From NCBI GenBank assembly GCA_964016885.1, contig OZ024742.1, positions 290,904,001 through 290,968,000 on the forward strand: DNA of 64,000 nt, given 5' to 3'. Position 1 is the stretch's first letter; each line of letters begins with the position of its first letter. The stretch is from Eledone cirrhosa. Taxonomy: Eukaryota. Positions 63,250-64,000 of the stretch are shown piece by piece. Under the pieces are notes generated by a model that saw nothing but the letters and a program-made list of their open reading frames with translations, was not told the origin of the DNA and made no database searches. The translations under genes and the position numbers were made by a program.

Positions 63250-64000
63250 ATGTCTGTGCATAATGCCAGTGAGGGAGTGAGAGGGCAGAGAAAGAAAAGT
63301 GAGGAAGTGGCTCGTTACTTCTCATTCGCCAAGGTTTCTCGATAGAGGCAGAAATGTAAATAGTGTGAATGTGTGAGTGATTTAGAAAGAGAGAGAAAGG
63401 GACATAGACTAAAATAGAGGAATTGTTACAGAGGGTGAGAGGGAATATGTGTGAGCGAGAGAAACACAGAGAGAACAAGTTTCTATAGAAGTTCAAAGAG
63501 AAGGGGAGAGAGAGGCGCTGTATGTTTGATGCAGTATGTATGTTCTATTGAAGAAGTTGAAAGAAATCCGGCTCACTCTCTACAAGAGGAGATAGAGTAG
63601 ATATAGATGATCAGCATTCTACAGTGAAGCAAAGACAAGTGCAGGTAGCCAAAGTCACTAGAGACCCCTGAACAATGTCAGCAAAAACATGAAAATGATT
63701 GGAGGAGAGCTGCTGCACGCATAGCCAATGAGTCACAAGTGGCTAGGGAAAACCGGTTAGAACAATTGTGTCAACAAAATGCAATCCGCAGGAGCCAAGA
63801 GTAAAAAAAGAAAAGAGTAAAATGTTTAAAGGATGCAAGACAAAGACAAGCTGCCCGAGTTGCCAATGAGACAATAGGTCAGCGAGAGATTAGACAAAGA
63901 AAAAACCAGACAAAGAAAAAACAGTTGCTGCAAGTCTTTGCCAATCCTCAGAGGAAAGATGTAAGCGTCTTGATTAAGATAGGCTGAATATGTTTGACAA
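63250..64000 (-). mobile_element. Probable degenerate Penelope-like RT remnant
   Basis: No intact ORF; only a weak resemblance to PLE RT coding sequence, starting after a TA tract. Confidence 0.35.

Overview
Repeat-rich animal (eukaryotic) genomic DNA; the (TA)n/(CAT)n microsatellites, RTE LINEs, tRNA-SINEs and Penelope-like elements (PLEs) are consistent with a cephalopod/mollusc genome (inference). One protein-coding gene crosses the window on the + strand: a macro-PARP (PARP14/15-like). I can assemble nine GT-AG exons (9784-63001) into one uninterrupted frame of about 1008 codons: RRM tail/KH-like region, a truncated first macrodomain, one complete macrodomain, linker, WWE and the first part of the PARP catalytic domain. 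The start codon is not established and the 3' end lies beyond the window. The introns hold a near full-length RTE LINE and many RTE 3' fragments, two SINE families, a gag-deleted Gypsy element fused to a PLE fragment, several PLE remnants with hammerhead-ribozyme motifs, a Helitron-like element, piggyBac-type MITEs and two large satellites: a 4.8-kb 30-bp array open in several frames and a 9-kb quasi-palindromic 36-bp array. The most notable points are the apparent loss of most of macrodomain 1 with a G-to-R change in its glycine loop, the PLE hammerheads in inverted pairs, and the two structured satellites. Most long ORFs in the ORF track are repeat artefacts. TE boundaries are approximate.
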